The translations under genes and the position numbers were made by a program. A stretch of DNA of 64,000 nt from an uncultured Eubacteriales bacterium (GTDB lineage: Bacteria > Bacillota > Clostridia > Oscillospirales > Acutalibacteraceae): positions 4,233-68,232 of the forward strand of contig CAYNMU010000001.1 of the NCBI GenBank assembly GCA_964398395.1. Reading direction: 5' to 3'. A model generated the notes under the pieces. It was not told where the DNA came from, searched no databases, and saw only the letters and a list, made by a program, of their open reading frames with translations. Shown one piece after another: positions 1-10,148 of this stretch. Every line of letters begins with the position of its first letter. Within the stretch, counting starts at the first letter, position 1.

Positions 1-542
1 GAATTGCTTGAATCGGTAGGCGTGTTATTAATGTTAAGCTCGGGACCGTCGCTAGTTGTGGAAGTGGTACCATCGGCACCTTTGACGGGAAGCTTATTGT
101 TGCCCATAGCAATTGCCACGCCGGAGAGAATGATGGAAAATACGACAAGGACGGATAAAACGGCAAAAAAGATTTTTACGCCCTTTTTCTTGCCCTTTGT
201 GGGTGGGGGAGGAACGTGGCCAAACTGCGCTGAGGCAGCATATTGCGGCGGAACATAATAGGGTTGGGTAGGATTGTTATAATATGTGGGTGGCTGCGGG
301 CGTTGCTGAGGATATTGGTATTGACCCATGTAAGGCGGGTACTGTGGAGTGAAAGGCGGGGTTTGTGCCTGCGTAACGGGAGCGGGTTGCTCGCCTTCGC
401 TGCCTGACGGAACATTGTTAAAAGAATTGACATTCTCGTTAACAGTATCGCCGGGCTTGTCTGTTGTGCCTGTTCCCGTAGAATCATCAGGGGTGCTGCC
501 GATAGTTTGATTAAGATCTTGATTGTTTTCGTTTTCGCTCAT
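1..542 (-). CDS. Membrane-anchored protein, N-terminal ~180 aa only (CDS runs off the left edge); possibly an HtrA-like serine protease
   Basis: Absent from the ORF track because it has no stop in the window. Hand translation from the ATG at 542-540 gives MSENENNQDLNQTIGSTPDD..., then a P/Q/Y-rich segment, KGKKKG and one TM helix (VKIFFAVLSVLVVFSIILSGVAIAM), with no stop down to position 1. AAAGGA lies about 10 nt upstream. The protease identity is inferred only from this N-terminal architecture and the upstream RR/HK pair; the catalytic domain would be outside the window. Confidence 0.6.
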   Translation of the reverse strand, partial: MSENENNQDLNQTIGSTPDDSTGTGTTDKPGDTVNENVNSFNNVPSGSEGEQPAPVTQAQTPPFTPQYPPYMGQYQYPQQRPQPPTYYNNPTQPYYVPPQYAASAQFGHVPPPPTKGKKKGVKIFFAVLSVLVVFSIILSGVAIAMGNNKLPVKGADGTTSTTSDGPELNINNTPTDSSN

Positions 543-707
543 AAAAGTCAAATCCTTTCATTAATGCCTAAAACCATATTGCATTGGTTGGATACTATAA
601 ATAATCTTTGTCACTCGTAGTTCCACTTTTTAAAGTATATCGCGGATTCGTTGCCAATGTGTAACAATCGTATTAAATAAATTTGAACATTCGGTTAATA
701 AAAATTC

Positions 708-2180
708 TTATAACGGCAAAGTAAAAACAAATTCTGTATAAACGTTTTCAACACTGCTCACGGTGATAGACCCGCCGTGCATTTCGATAATTGATTTTAC
801 TATATATAACCCCAATCCCGCCCCGCGCACATCAAAGCTGCGGGATTTGTCAATTTTGTAAAAACGCTCAAAAATCTTTCCTATTTCCTCAGATGGTATA
901 CCGCCGCCGCTATTTTTTATCTTTACAACAGCAAATCCATTATCCGAATAATCATAAATTTCAATTGTGCCCAACGAAGGTGTGAATTTTACCGCGTTGT
1001 CTAACAGGTTATATATTACTTGGTTAATCATATCCGCGTCGGCTGACAAATAAAGACTCTGCATTTGGTCAAGCCCTACAATATTAATTTTTTTCTTCTC
1101 AATCAACTGCTCAAAAGCGAGCATGGTTTTAAAAATTTGTTCTGAAATATCAAAGCGGCGCGGTTTCAGCTCAAGCTCTCCCGCCTCAATTTTGGACATG
1201 TTCAGCATACTTGTTACGAGGCGTGAAAGGCGCTTGACTTCATCGGAAACAATCTGCAAATAATATTTAGATTTATCTTTTTCAATTGTTCCGTCCAGTA
1301 TACCGTCAATAAAACCGCCGATTGTGGTCATTGGCGTTTTTAACTCATGCGAAACATTCGCAACAAAGCTTCGTCTTGAAGACTCCAATGTTGCTAAATC
1401 CTTCGCCATTGAGTTGAAGGCTATCGCCAGATCTGCAAGTTCGTCATTACCTTTTATACTTACCCTGTAGCTGAAATCGCCCGAAGAATATCGCTTTGTT
1501 GCCAAGGACATCTGCCTCAAGGGTTTTGTAAGTCTGTATATCATAAAATAGACTGTGATATAGGTAATGATGAGTGCGAGCAATGAGGCAAAACCAAACA
1601 TTCTTAAAATTGACAAAATATAAGGCCCGAGCACAGAGGCAACAGGCTGAACGGCAAACACAATACCAATAGCATTGCCATTCGCAAAAATAGGCTGTGC
1701 AATTACCAAATTAGGTTTAGCATAAATTCCATCAAGGGTGCTCATGCTGCTGTAGCTGACCTGGGAAATGGCATCCTTAATAACTTGATTGGGTATGTTA
1801 TATTTGCCGTGTATTGCACACCCTCCGGGTGCAACAACCATACCTGCACGCAATAAATCCCGGCAGTAAATAACCTTGCCGTCTAAATTAGAGATGTAAA
1901 TATCCGCATCGATTGCAGAGGAAACCAAAGAAAGTGTGTTGCAAATCAATAACACAGAACCGTTCTCATTGTCACGCATATAGCCTGACTCAACAAGCTC
2001 TGCCGTCGTTTTTGCAATACCGTTTGCGTTTTCTTTTAAAAGCAGATCCTTTTCCGTAACCCATGCATTGGATATAAAAAACAGCAATGCTCCGCCAAGG
2101 ATGGCAAAGCTGACGAAAATCACCATCGATATAATAAGATAGTATCTCCTGAAAAGGCTGCTTTTAACCTTGACTTGCAT
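708..2180 (-). CDS. Sensor histidine kinase (TM-sensor-TM, HAMP, HisKA, HATPase_c)
   Basis: 490-aa ORF. Two TM helices flank a ~150-aa extracytoplasmic segment. H-box SHELKTPMT; ATPase motifs NLLDNAVKFT and GLGLYIV. Starts 4 nt after the RR gene stop, with AAGGA as SD. Confidence 0.92.
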   Translation of the reverse strand: MQVKVKSSLFRRYYLIISMVIFVSFAILGGALLFFISNAWVTEKDLLLKENANGIAKTTAELVESGYMRDNENGSVLLICNTLSLVSSAIDADIYISNLDGKVIYCRDLLRAGMVVAPGGCAIHGKYNIPNQVIKDAISQVSYSSMSTLDGIYAKPNLVIAQPIFANGNAIGIVFAVQPVASVLGPYILSILRMFGFASLLALIITYITVYFMIYRLTKPLRQMSLATKRYSSGDFSYRVSIKGNDELADLAIAFNSMAKDLATLESSRRSFVANVSHELKTPMTTIGGFIDGILDGTIEKDKSKYYLQIVSDEVKRLSRLVTSMLNMSKIEAGELELKPRRFDISEQIFKTMLAFEQLIEKKKINIVGLDQMQSLYLSADADMINQVIYNLLDNAVKFTPSLGTIEIYDYSDNGFAVVKIKNSGGGIPSEEIGKIFERFYKIDKSRSFDVRGAGLGLYIVKSIIEMHGGSITVSSVENVYTEFVFTLPL

Positions 2181-2183
2181 AGT

Positions 2184-2873
2184 TTAATCCTTTGTTTCAA
2201 ACTTATAACCTACGCTCCAAACCGTTTTGAGCTCCCATTTATCAGAAACACCCTCAAGCTTTTCACGCAGGCGCTTCACATGGACATCAACCGTTCTTGA
2301 ATCGCCGTAATAATCAAAACCCCAAACCTCGTCGAGCAACTGGTCTCTTGTATAAACTCTGTTAGGGTTGCAGGCAAGATGATAAATTAGCTCCATCTCT
2401 TTGGGCGGCGTGTCAACTTTTTTGCCGTTAACCTTCAGCTCATAGTTGGTAAGGTTGATGCTGAGCTTGTCGAAGCTGACCTCTTTAACGGTGTTTTCAG
2501 AGCCTACGGAGGTCCTGCGCAAAACGGCCTTAACCCTTGCGATAACCTCTTTCGTTTCAAATGGCTTAACAACATAATCGTCCGCGCCAAGCTCCAACCC
2601 CAGCACCTTATCAAAAGTTTCGCCCTTTGCGGTGAGCATGATGATGGGTTTGTTGGAAAATTTGCGTATCTCACGGCATACCTGCCAGCCGTCAAGCTGA
2701 GGCAGCATAATGTCAAGCAACACAAGTTCAGGCTGATTTTCTTTAAATGCCTTTATCGCTGATACGCCGTCGTGCGCGAGAAATACCCTGTACTGCTCTT
2801 TCTCGAGGTAAAGCCTTAATAATTCGCAAATATTGGTATCGTCGTCAACAACCAGAATTTTTTCGCTTGCCAT
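2184..2873 (-). CDS. OmpR/PhoB-family response regulator
   Basis: 229-aa ORF. Receiver domain (ILVVDDD, LVLLDIMLP, MLTAKG) followed by a winged-helix DNA-binding domain (TVDVHVKRLREKL, VGYKF). GGAG SD 8 nt upstream. Confidence 0.93.
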   Translation of the reverse strand: MASEKILVVDDDTNICELLRLYLEKEQYRVFLAHDGVSAIKAFKENQPELVLLDIMLPQLDGWQVCREIRKFSNKPIIMLTAKGETFDKVLGLELGADDYVVKPFETKEVIARVKAVLRRTSVGSENTVKEVSFDKLSINLTNYELKVNGKKVDTPPKEMELIYHLACNPNRVYTRDQLLDEVWGFDYYGDSRTVDVHVKRLREKLEGVSDKWELKTVWSVGYKFETKD

Positions 2874-3093
2874 AAAATCAACTCCATTTTCATTTCAATT
2901 TTAACTTGACAGCCAAAGAAGAAACCGAAACCCGTTTTTTTATTTTAGTAATTACATTATACACTATTACATTTGTCTTTTCTGTGAATTTTAATAAAAT
3001 ATTTTGTGAAAATACAGAGGAGGGCAAGAGATAAAAAGCAAGCGGCCAAAGTTTTTCGCTCCGGCAGCCTGCTGAGTTTTTAGCAAACGCAAA

Positions 3094-4143
3094 TCATGAT
3101 TTATAAGTTGAAAAGTTGAAGGATGTTCTTGATTTAAAATCCTCACCCGCCTTGAAGGTGCATTGGGGAAAAGTTGGCTGATTTGGCGTATCGGGGAAAT
3201 ATTGAGTCTCCAAACAAAATCCGGTATGCTTATTCATTAAAGTGCCGCCCTTGCCGGGGACATTATCCAAAAAGTTGCCGGTATAAAGCTGAACACCGGG
3301 CAAGTCGGTATATACTTCCATCACACGCCCGCTGACAGGTTCCCACACTACAGCGGCGGGCGTTTTGTTTGAACGGTCATCAAGACAGAAATTGTGGTCG
3401 TAGCCCTTGCAGTTTACAAGCTGCTCATAATCGGCATCAATCTCAAGCCCGATTGTTTTAGGTTCGGTAAAATCAAAAGGTGTGCCCCGCACCGGGCATA
3501 GCTCGCCGGTTGGGATGCTTTCTTTGTCCGTAGGGGTAAAATGCTGGGCGTTTATTTGAAGCACATGCCCCAAAACATTGCCTGCGGCAAAACCACCGAG
3601 GTTAAAATATGCATGGTTGGTCAGGTTAATTATTGTATCCTTATTTGATACAGCTGAAAAATCAATAGTTAGCTCGTTCTCATCTGAAAGTGTGTAAATG
3701 ACATCCACCTGAAGCTCGCCGGGGAAGCCGTGCGAACCGTCAGGGCAGGTGTAGCTTAATTTAAGAGCATTTTCAGCGATTTCTTCGGCAACCCAAACAG
3801 CATGTGAAAGCTCAGCTCCGCCATGCAGGCAGGTTTTGCCGTCCTCATTTTTTGTGACGCTGTATTTAATGCCATTAATTTTGAATTCTCCGCCTGCTAT
3901 ACGGTTTGCATAGCGCCCAACGAGTTGACCTTGGTAAGCGGAGCGCTCCAAATGTCCTTCCATGTCGTCAAAACCTATTAGCACATCGCTGATGTTACCA
4001 AGTTTGTCGGGCACTTTTAGGGCTTGAAGAGTGCCGCCGTAGGTTAATATTTCGGCTGAGGCGCTAACACTGTTCCTAACAATGTAAAGTTCTACAGCTT
4101 TACAATCATTTGTTATACCAAAGGGCAGTTTTTCGATACTCAT
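3094..4143 (-). CDS. galM: Aldose 1-epimerase (galactose mutarotase)
   Basis: 349-aa ORF with family-typical segments GRYANRIAGG, CLHGG, NLTNHAYFNL and GFCLETQYFPD. Translationally coupled to the upstream HAD gene through an ATGA overlap. Confidence 0.88.
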   Translation of the reverse strand: MSIEKLPFGITNDCKAVELYIVRNSVSASAEILTYGGTLQALKVPDKLGNISDVLIGFDDMEGHLERSAYQGQLVGRYANRIAGGEFKINGIKYSVTKNEDGKTCLHGGAELSHAVWVAEEIAENALKLSYTCPDGSHGFPGELQVDVIYTLSDENELTIDFSAVSNKDTIINLTNHAYFNLGGFAAGNVLGHVLQINAQHFTPTDKESIPTGELCPVRGTPFDFTEPKTIGLEIDADYEQLVNCKGYDHNFCLDDRSNKTPAAVVWEPVSGRVMEVYTDLPGVQLYTGNFLDNVPGKGGTLMNKHTGFCLETQYFPDTPNQPTFPQCTFKAGEDFKSRTSFNFSTYKS

Positions 4144-4796
4144 TTGTTGCCAAACCTTTCAATTATGTCAAATATGTCATCTAAAACGGGCGAGACAAAA
4201 TCAGCTCCGGCCTCTTTAAGAGACTGTTCATCAAAAGAAGTGGTTAGAGCCAGACATAGCATACCGGCTGCCTTTGCCGCTTGTACGCCGGAAAGAGCAT
4301 CCTCAACAACCAAGGTGTTTGCGATGTTAAACCCCGCGTTTTTTGCGGCTGTCAGGAAAATTTCAGGATGAGGTTTTTTATGTTCAACATCACTGCCGGT
4401 AACAATAGAAGAAAAAATATCGTTATCAACACCGATACATTTTAAGTTGCACTCGACTTTTGTTAAATCTGCCGCGGAGGCAAGAGATATTTTTATACCT
4501 TTTTGGACCATGCCGGTAAGAACCGCCTTTGACCAGGGATATACCTGAACACGCTCGGCGGCGGTTGCGACATAAATCTCATATGTCTTGTCTTTCATAT
4601 CCATTGTATAGGGAACACCGTATTTTGCAGCGACACCGCCAATAAATTTGTTTTCACCCATACCGGTGAACTGCTTAAAGTCATCAAATTCGGCGTTAAC
4701 TCCCCAGCACCGCAAGGCCTCTAATGCAGCGAGGGTTATCGCTGCTTCCGAGTCAATGAGTACACCATCCATGTCAAAAATTACTGAGTTTAGCAT
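4140..4796 (-). CDS. HAD-superfamily hydrolase (beta-phosphoglucomutase/sugar phosphatase-like)
   Basis: 218-aa ORF. HAD motif I FDMDGVLIDSE, motif III K (HKKPHPEIF), motif IV VVEDALSG. AAGGAG SD 8 nt upstream. Confidence 0.85.
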   Translation of the reverse strand: MLNSVIFDMDGVLIDSEAAITLAALEALRCWGVNAEFDDFKQFTGMGENKFIGGVAAKYGVPYTMDMKDKTYEIYVATAAERVQVYPWSKAVLTGMVQKGIKISLASAADLTKVECNLKCIGVDNDIFSSIVTGSDVEHKKPHPEIFLTAAKNAGFNIANTLVVEDALSGVQAAKAAGMLCLALTTSFDEQSLKEAGADFVSPVLDDIFDIIERFGNK

Positions 4797-4892
4797 TATT
4801 AAATCTCCTTCGCAACCGGATTTTAGACCGATTAAATTGAGGGAGTATGCCGATTATAATCAACGTTACTCCCTCAAAATGTTCAGGTTATT

Positions 4893-6068
4893 CTAACCGT
4901 CTATTCTTGCAACGCCGGTATCTCTTGCCGCTTGCGCAACAGCCGCTGCAACGGCCTTACCTACTCTTAAATCAAAGGCCTTTGGCAAAATATAGTCTGC
5001 TGTCAGCTCTTCATCTGAAACGAGGGATGCAATTGCCCTTGCGGCAGCTATCTTCATTGCTTCGTTTATATCGCTTGCCCTAACATCCAAAGCGCCTCTG
5101 AAAATACCGGGGAAAGCGAGCACATTATTAATCTGATTGGGGAAATCGCTGCGCCCTGTGCCAACAACTTTTGCGCCGGCCTTAATAGCTAAGTCAGGCA
5201 TAATCTCTGGTGTCGGGTTGGACATAGCCATAACGATTGCGCCGTCGTTCATTGAGCTGACCATTGCTTCGCTTACAATACCGGGTGCCGAAACACCTAT
5301 GAAAATGTCTGAACCTTTCATAGCGTCGGCAAGGGTGCCTCTTAAACGATTTTTATTGGTGAAATCCGCAAGTTCCTGCTTTGCCGGGGTGAGATCGTCA
5401 CCATCGCAAACAATACCCTTACGGTCGCACATAATAACATCTTTAACGCCAAGTGAAACGAACAGTTTTGCTATAGCAACACCGGCAGCGCCTGCACCGC
5501 TGAAAACTACCGTGCAATCTATCAAGTCTTTTTTAACAAATTTAAGGGCGTTGATGACAGCCGCCATGCAAACCACTGCTGTGCCGTGCTGGTCATCGTG
5601 AAAAATCGGAATATCACATATTTCTTTTAGTTTGCGCTCAATCTCAAAGCAACGGGGCGCTGAGATATCTTCAAGGTTTACGCCGCCAAAGCTGCCTGCC
5701 AGCAGGGCAACTGTTTTAACGATATCATCAACTTCTTTTGAACGGATGCAAAGAGGAAAGGCGTCGACACCGCCGAATTCTTTGAAAAGTACACATTTGC
5801 CTTCCATTACCGGCATGCCGGCTTCGGGCCCGATGTCGCCTAAACCTAAAACTGCAGTGCCGTCTGTGACAACAGCGACAAGGTTCCAGCGGCGGGTTAA
5901 ATCGTAGCTTAGGTTTACATCTTTCTGGATTTCAAGGCAAGGTTGAGCAACACCAGGGGTATAAGCCAATGAAAGTTCTTCTTTGTTTTTTACTGTGGCG
6001 CGGGCAACTACTTCAAGTTTGCCCTTCCACTCATAATGCAGTCGCAGTGATTCTTTAGCATAATCCAT
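4893..6068 (-). CDS. NAD(P)-dependent malic enzyme (short form, no PTA-like domain)
   Basis: 391-aa ORF with malic-enzyme signatures LSLAYTPGVA, VVTDGTAVLGLGDIG, GGVNLEDI and FHDDQHGTA, plus the GAGAAG Rossmann motif. Confidence 0.9.
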   Translation of the reverse strand: MDYAKESLRLHYEWKGKLEVVARATVKNKEELSLAYTPGVAQPCLEIQKDVNLSYDLTRRWNLVAVVTDGTAVLGLGDIGPEAGMPVMEGKCVLFKEFGGVDAFPLCIRSKEVDDIVKTVALLAGSFGGVNLEDISAPRCFEIERKLKEICDIPIFHDDQHGTAVVCMAAVINALKFVKKDLIDCTVVFSGAGAAGVAIAKLFVSLGVKDVIMCDRKGIVCDGDDLTPAKQELADFTNKNRLRGTLADAMKGSDIFIGVSAPGIVSEAMVSSMNDGAIVMAMSNPTPEIMPDLAIKAGAKVVGTGRSDFPNQINNVLAFPGIFRGALDVRASDINEAMKIAAARAIASLVSDEELTADYILPKAFDLRVGKAVAAAVAQAARDTGVARIDG

Positions 6069-6183
6069 AATTATTTACCATTCCTTTTTAATAATAATTA
6101 ATAACCGTATTGTAGGGGCGACCTTTGGTCGTCCGCTTAAGGTCTTGTTTCGTATCTAACATCTAAAATCTAGCATCTAACGT

Positions 6184-7290
6184 CTAGTTTTCCCAATCAA
6201 ACTTATACTTTGAAAGTCCCAGTTGATCGCGAACTTTAATGAATTCAAGCTGTACGGCTTCGTTAATGGGTACACCGGAATCTTTGCGCTCCATCCAAAC
6301 GTCATATTCTTTTTCGCCTGCGGTGAAGATGCGATCATGGCCGGGTGCCTTTTCGGAGGCACGAAGCTCGCGCAGGATATCGCCGGCCGTCTTTTTAAAC
6401 TCCTCAAGACCCATGAAGGCTTCTGTGTCGATTGCGATAAAGAAATGACCGAGATGATAAGGCACAGGTTTGCCGTCCTTCATGCCGGTGAGCATTTTCA
6501 TATAGTTGCCCTGTTGAAGAGCAGCGGAAAGCACTTCAATAACCGTAGCATAACCGTAACCTTTGTAGCCTGCCAGCTCTTCGCCGATGCCGCCCAAAGG
6601 CGCTAAAGCCGCTTCGCCTGTATTCAGGTCTTTGAGTATTTGATCCGTGTCGGTTTTTGGTTCGCCGTCTCTGCCTACAACCATACCTAACGGTGTTGCT
6701 TTGCCAATTCTTGAATAATATTCAAGTTTGCCGCGCTGTGTGATGGAAGTTGCGCAGTCAATGTTGAAGTCGAATTCTTCATCAGTCGGGAAGCCGATGG
6801 TAAGCGGGTTTGTGCCAAGCATATTCTCAACACCGAAGGTCGGTGCGATTGACGGGCGGGCGTTTGTGCCTGTTATACCAATCATGCCTGCTTTGCTTGC
6901 CATGGTTGTATAGTAGCCTGCAATGCCGTAATGACAGGAGTTGCGAACCGCAACCATACCCATGCCGTATTTCTTTGCCTTTTCGATTGCCAAAGTCATA
7001 GCTTTGAAGCCGATAACCTGACCCATTCCGTCATGCCCGTCAACCACTGCTGTGGTTGGGGTTTCGCGGATTATTTCGTATTCTGTTACGGGGTTTTGGA
7101 TGCCGATGTTAATTCTGTCGATATAGATGGGCTTAAAACGGTTTACACCGTGAGATTCGATACCCCTCTTGTCGGATTCCAACAAGACATCCGTACAGAT
7201 TTTTGCGTCATCACGCGGAACACCTACGCCAACAAAGGCGTCCTCTACGAAATCATAGAGAGTCTTCCAATTAACAATAACTTTCGCCAT
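6184..7290 (-). CDS. Ldh_2-family (malate/L-lactate/sulfolactate-type) 2-hydroxyacid dehydrogenase
   Basis: 368-aa ORF. N-terminal pattern GIESHGVNRF, then VRNSCHYGIAGYY and GTNPLTIGFP, typical of the Ldh_2 family. The substrate cannot be assigned from sequence. GGAGGA SD 8 nt upstream. Confidence 0.8.
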   Translation of the reverse strand: MAKVIVNWKTLYDFVEDAFVGVGVPRDDAKICTDVLLESDKRGIESHGVNRFKPIYIDRINIGIQNPVTEYEIIRETPTTAVVDGHDGMGQVIGFKAMTLAIEKAKKYGMGMVAVRNSCHYGIAGYYTTMASKAGMIGITGTNARPSIAPTFGVENMLGTNPLTIGFPTDEEFDFNIDCATSITQRGKLEYYSRIGKATPLGMVVGRDGEPKTDTDQILKDLNTGEAALAPLGGIGEELAGYKGYGYATVIEVLSAALQQGNYMKMLTGMKDGKPVPYHLGHFFIAIDTEAFMGLEEFKKTAGDILRELRASEKAPGHDRIFTAGEKEYDVWMERKDSGVPINEAVQLEFIKVRDQLGLSKYKFDWEN

Positions 7291-7384
7291 AAAAATAGTC
7301 CTCCATTTTATAAAAATTTTTAAGAATACATAAAATTATAAACCATATTCTTTTGTTTTTGAGTCTTTAAATTAATATTCGTTA

Positions 7385-8899
7385 CTAATTTGGAATTTCC
7401 CAGTTCATTGAGCGTTCCACAGCGCGTTTCCAACCGGAGTAAAGCTTTTCGGCATCATCTCTGCTCATATTTGGGGTGAAAATTCGATCAACTTCGCGAA
7501 TTTTTAAAATTTCATCCTTATCTTTCCATAAGCCTATCGCAAGGCCGGAAAGGTAAGCAGCACCTAAGGCAGTTGTTTCAATTGTTTTTGGGCGGGATAT
7601 GTCTATTCCTAGTAAATCGGCCTGCATTTGCATCATAATATCGCTTACACATGCTCCGCCGTCAACCCTGAGCTCACTGAACTTTATGCCCGAATCGGCA
7701 TACATGGCATTCATAAGGTCTGCCACTTGGTATGTTATGCTCTCCAAAACAGCCCTTGCTATATGTGCCCTGTTTACGCCCCTTGTTAAGCCGACAATGC
7801 AGCCCCTCGCGTACATATCCCAATAAGGGGCGCCAAGCCCAGTGAAGGCGGGCACAATATAGCATCCGTTAGCATCGGGCACACTCTCAGCAAGTTCATC
7901 GCAGCGGCTCGCAGTGTCAATCAAATGCAACTCGTCGCGAAGCCATTTAATAACCGAGCCCGCGTTAAACGCACTGCCCTCGATGCTGTATTCAACCTCG
8001 TCGCCAATTCCCCAGGCAACGCCGGTCAGAAGGTTGTTTTTGGATTCAACACGCTTGTTGCCTGTGTTTAAAAGCAGGAAACAACCGGTGCCATATGTGT
8101 TTTTGGCTTGACCGGGTTTGAAACAGCCTTGCCCGAACAACGCAGCAGACTGGTCGCCTATCGCGCTGCTGATGGGTATGCCCTCAAGGGATTCAAGACC
8201 TATAATTCCACCAGCCACAGTGCCATAAACCATGCTGGATGGTACGGGCTTTGGAAGGATGGACATAGGAATGTCAAGTTTTTCGCAAAGATATTCATCC
8301 CAGCAAAGATTGTCAACATCAAACAACATTGTGCGGGAGGCGTTCGAATAATCCGTAACATGAGCCTTGCCTCCGGTTAAATTCCAAATAAGCCATGTTT
8401 CAACCGTGCCGAAAAGCACATTGCCCGCTTCTGCTGAGGCACGGGCGCCCGGGACATTCTCAAGTATCCACTTTATTTTTGTGCCGGAAAAATATGCATC
8501 GATCAAAAGCCCGGTTTTTGCTTTGACATAATCACCAAGCCCTTGTGTCTTTAACCCTTCGCACAGTTCGGCAGTGCGTCGGCATTGCCAAACGATTGCA
8601 TTGTAAATTGGCTTGCCTGTATGCTTATCCCACAAAATTGTTGTTTCACGTTGGTTTGTTATACCGATTGAAGCAATTTCGTCCGCCTCAACCTTGCCTG
8701 AGGCAAGCACTGTGCTAACGGATTGCAGCTGGCTGTAAAGTATTTCCATTGGGTCATGCTCAACCCAAGCTGTGGCAGGATAAATTTGTTCAAACTCCTT
8801 TTGAGCTTTTGTTATAATGTTGCCGCCCTTGTCAAAAATAATGGCGCGTGAGCTTGTGGTGCCTTGGTCGAGCGCGAGCACGAATTTTGCATCAGCCAT
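7385..8899 (-). CDS. glpK: Glycerol kinase
   Basis: FGGY-kinase/GlpK sequence throughout (LALDQGTTSSRAIIF, GITNQRETT, WQCRRT, GTGCFLL, DGGA). The track ORF begins at 8965. I place the start at the ATG at 8899 (MADAKFVLALDQGTTS), which has AAAGGA upstream and matches normal GlpK N-termini. Confidence 0.93.
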   Translation of the reverse strand: MADAKFVLALDQGTTSSRAIIFDKGGNIITKAQKEFEQIYPATAWVEHDPMEILYSQLQSVSTVLASGKVEADEIASIGITNQRETTILWDKHTGKPIYNAIVWQCRRTAELCEGLKTQGLGDYVKAKTGLLIDAYFSGTKIKWILENVPGARASAEAGNVLFGTVETWLIWNLTGGKAHVTDYSNASRTMLFDVDNLCWDEYLCEKLDIPMSILPKPVPSSMVYGTVAGGIIGLESLEGIPISSAIGDQSAALFGQGCFKPGQAKNTYGTGCFLLLNTGNKRVESKNNLLTGVAWGIGDEVEYSIEGSAFNAGSVIKWLRDELHLIDTASRCDELAESVPDANGCYIVPAFTGLGAPYWDMYARGCIVGLTRGVNRAHIARAVLESITYQVADLMNAMYADSGIKFSELRVDGGACVSDIMMQMQADLLGIDISRPKTIETTALGAAYLSGLAIGLWKDKDEILKIREVDRIFTPNMSRDDAEKLYSGWKRAVERSMNWEIPN

Positions 8900-9140
8900 C
8901 AAAACAACATCCTTTCGCAAGTTTTTTATCCACACAATAATACATTGAAAAGACATAATTGTCAACCTTTGCGGGCGTCAGAATGCATGGATCAACATAT
9001 ATTAACAATTAATTAAATTACACAAAACCCTAGATATTAACAGAAATAGAATTAAAAATCGCAACAAAGTGATATAATAAACCTCGGCAACTTGCATTTT
9101 TGCTAAAAAATAAATTTATAAATTTTTGAGAGTGATTTGT

Positions 9141-10148
9141 ATGAATGAAAAAATATCGGTAATAACCGGAGCATCCGGACATATTGGTTACGCGCTTGTT
9201 AAAGAGCTTGAAGCGCAGGGCGACAGGTTCCGCATCCTTATTCGAAGCGAAAGCAAAATATTCGACGGCATACCTTGCGAAAAGGCTTTCGGTGATGTAA
9301 CTGACCTTGCTTCGCTGGAAAAAGCATTTGCCGGGGCAGATGTTGTTTACCATCTTGCCGGTGTTATTGATGTCAGCAACAGTAACAAGGATATGGTTTG
9401 GGATGTTAATGTGCAGGGAACAAAAAATGTTGTTGAGGCGTGCAAAAAGTGCGGTGTCCGCCGCTTAGTTTACGCATCATCCGTTGATGCCGTTAAGCCG
9501 TTGCATGGCAACAATATTATGACGGAAATGACAAGTTTCAATCCGGACGAGATTAAGGGCATATATGGCAAAACAAAGGCCGAAGCGACTCGATATGTTT
9601 TAGAAAGCGCAGACGAAAACTTTGAGGTTGTCATCATTTTTCCGTCAGCTTGTATAGGTCCTTACGATTTTAAGGTTTCAAGTGTAGGTATAATGGTCAG
9701 AATGATCATGCGCGGCAGGATGCCTGTTTCCCTTAATTTTGGCGGATACAATTTTGTGGATGTAAGGGATATAGCTAAGGGTATGCGAAGCGCGGCATAC
9801 AATGGAAGGGCAGGGGAAGGTTATCTTCTTACCGGTGAAATCTTTACTTCTGATGGGATTATCAGCCTGATTGCGCAAGCCAGCGGGAGAAAAGCTCCGA
9901 AAATCAAGCTGCCGTTTTGGCTTACCAGCGTTATGGCTCCATTAGCTGAGGTTTATTATAAGATTTCAGGTGCAAGTCCTGTTTTCACGCGTATTTCTAT
10001 TGAAGTTATAAATTATAACTGCAACTTCTGTTTCGCAAAAGCGCAGGAAGAACTCGGCTACAACCCAATGAGCATAAAACAATCGGTTAGCGACATGATA
10101 GATTGGATTACAAAAACAGAAGGAATAGTTGGTAAAAAAAAGAAATAA
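9141..10148 (+). CDS. NAD-dependent epimerase/dehydratase-family SDR (dihydroflavonol/cinnamoyl-CoA reductase-like)
   Basis: N-terminal ITGASGHIGYALV Rossmann motif and YGKTK catalytic motif. The track ORF starts at TTG 9126; ATG 9141 (MNEKISVITGASG) is preferred. Confidence 0.82.
   Translation: MNEKISVITGASGHIGYALVKELEAQGDRFRILIRSESKIFDGIPCEKAFGDVTDLASLEKAFAGADVVYHLAGVIDVSNSNKDMVWDVNVQGTKNVVEACKKCGVRRLVYASSVDAVKPLHGNNIMTEMTSFNPDEIKGIYGKTKAEATRYVLESADENFEVVIIFPSACIGPYDFKVSSVGIMVRMIMRGRMPVSLNFGGYNFVDVRDIAKGMRSAAYNGRAGEGYLLTGEIFTSDGIISLIAQASGRKAPKIKLPFWLTSVMAPLAEVYYKISGASPVFTRISIEVINYNCNFCFAKAQEELGYNPMSIKQSVSDMIDWITKTEGIVGKKKK

Noticed and set aside
176-487. 103-aa minus-strand ORF from the track (MILREQAQQTSPAILL...).
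   Set aside because: It is out of frame with, and fully inside, the longer open frame that starts at ATG 542 with an SD and encodes a coherent low-complexity region plus TM helix. It is a shadow frame in a P/Q-rich region.
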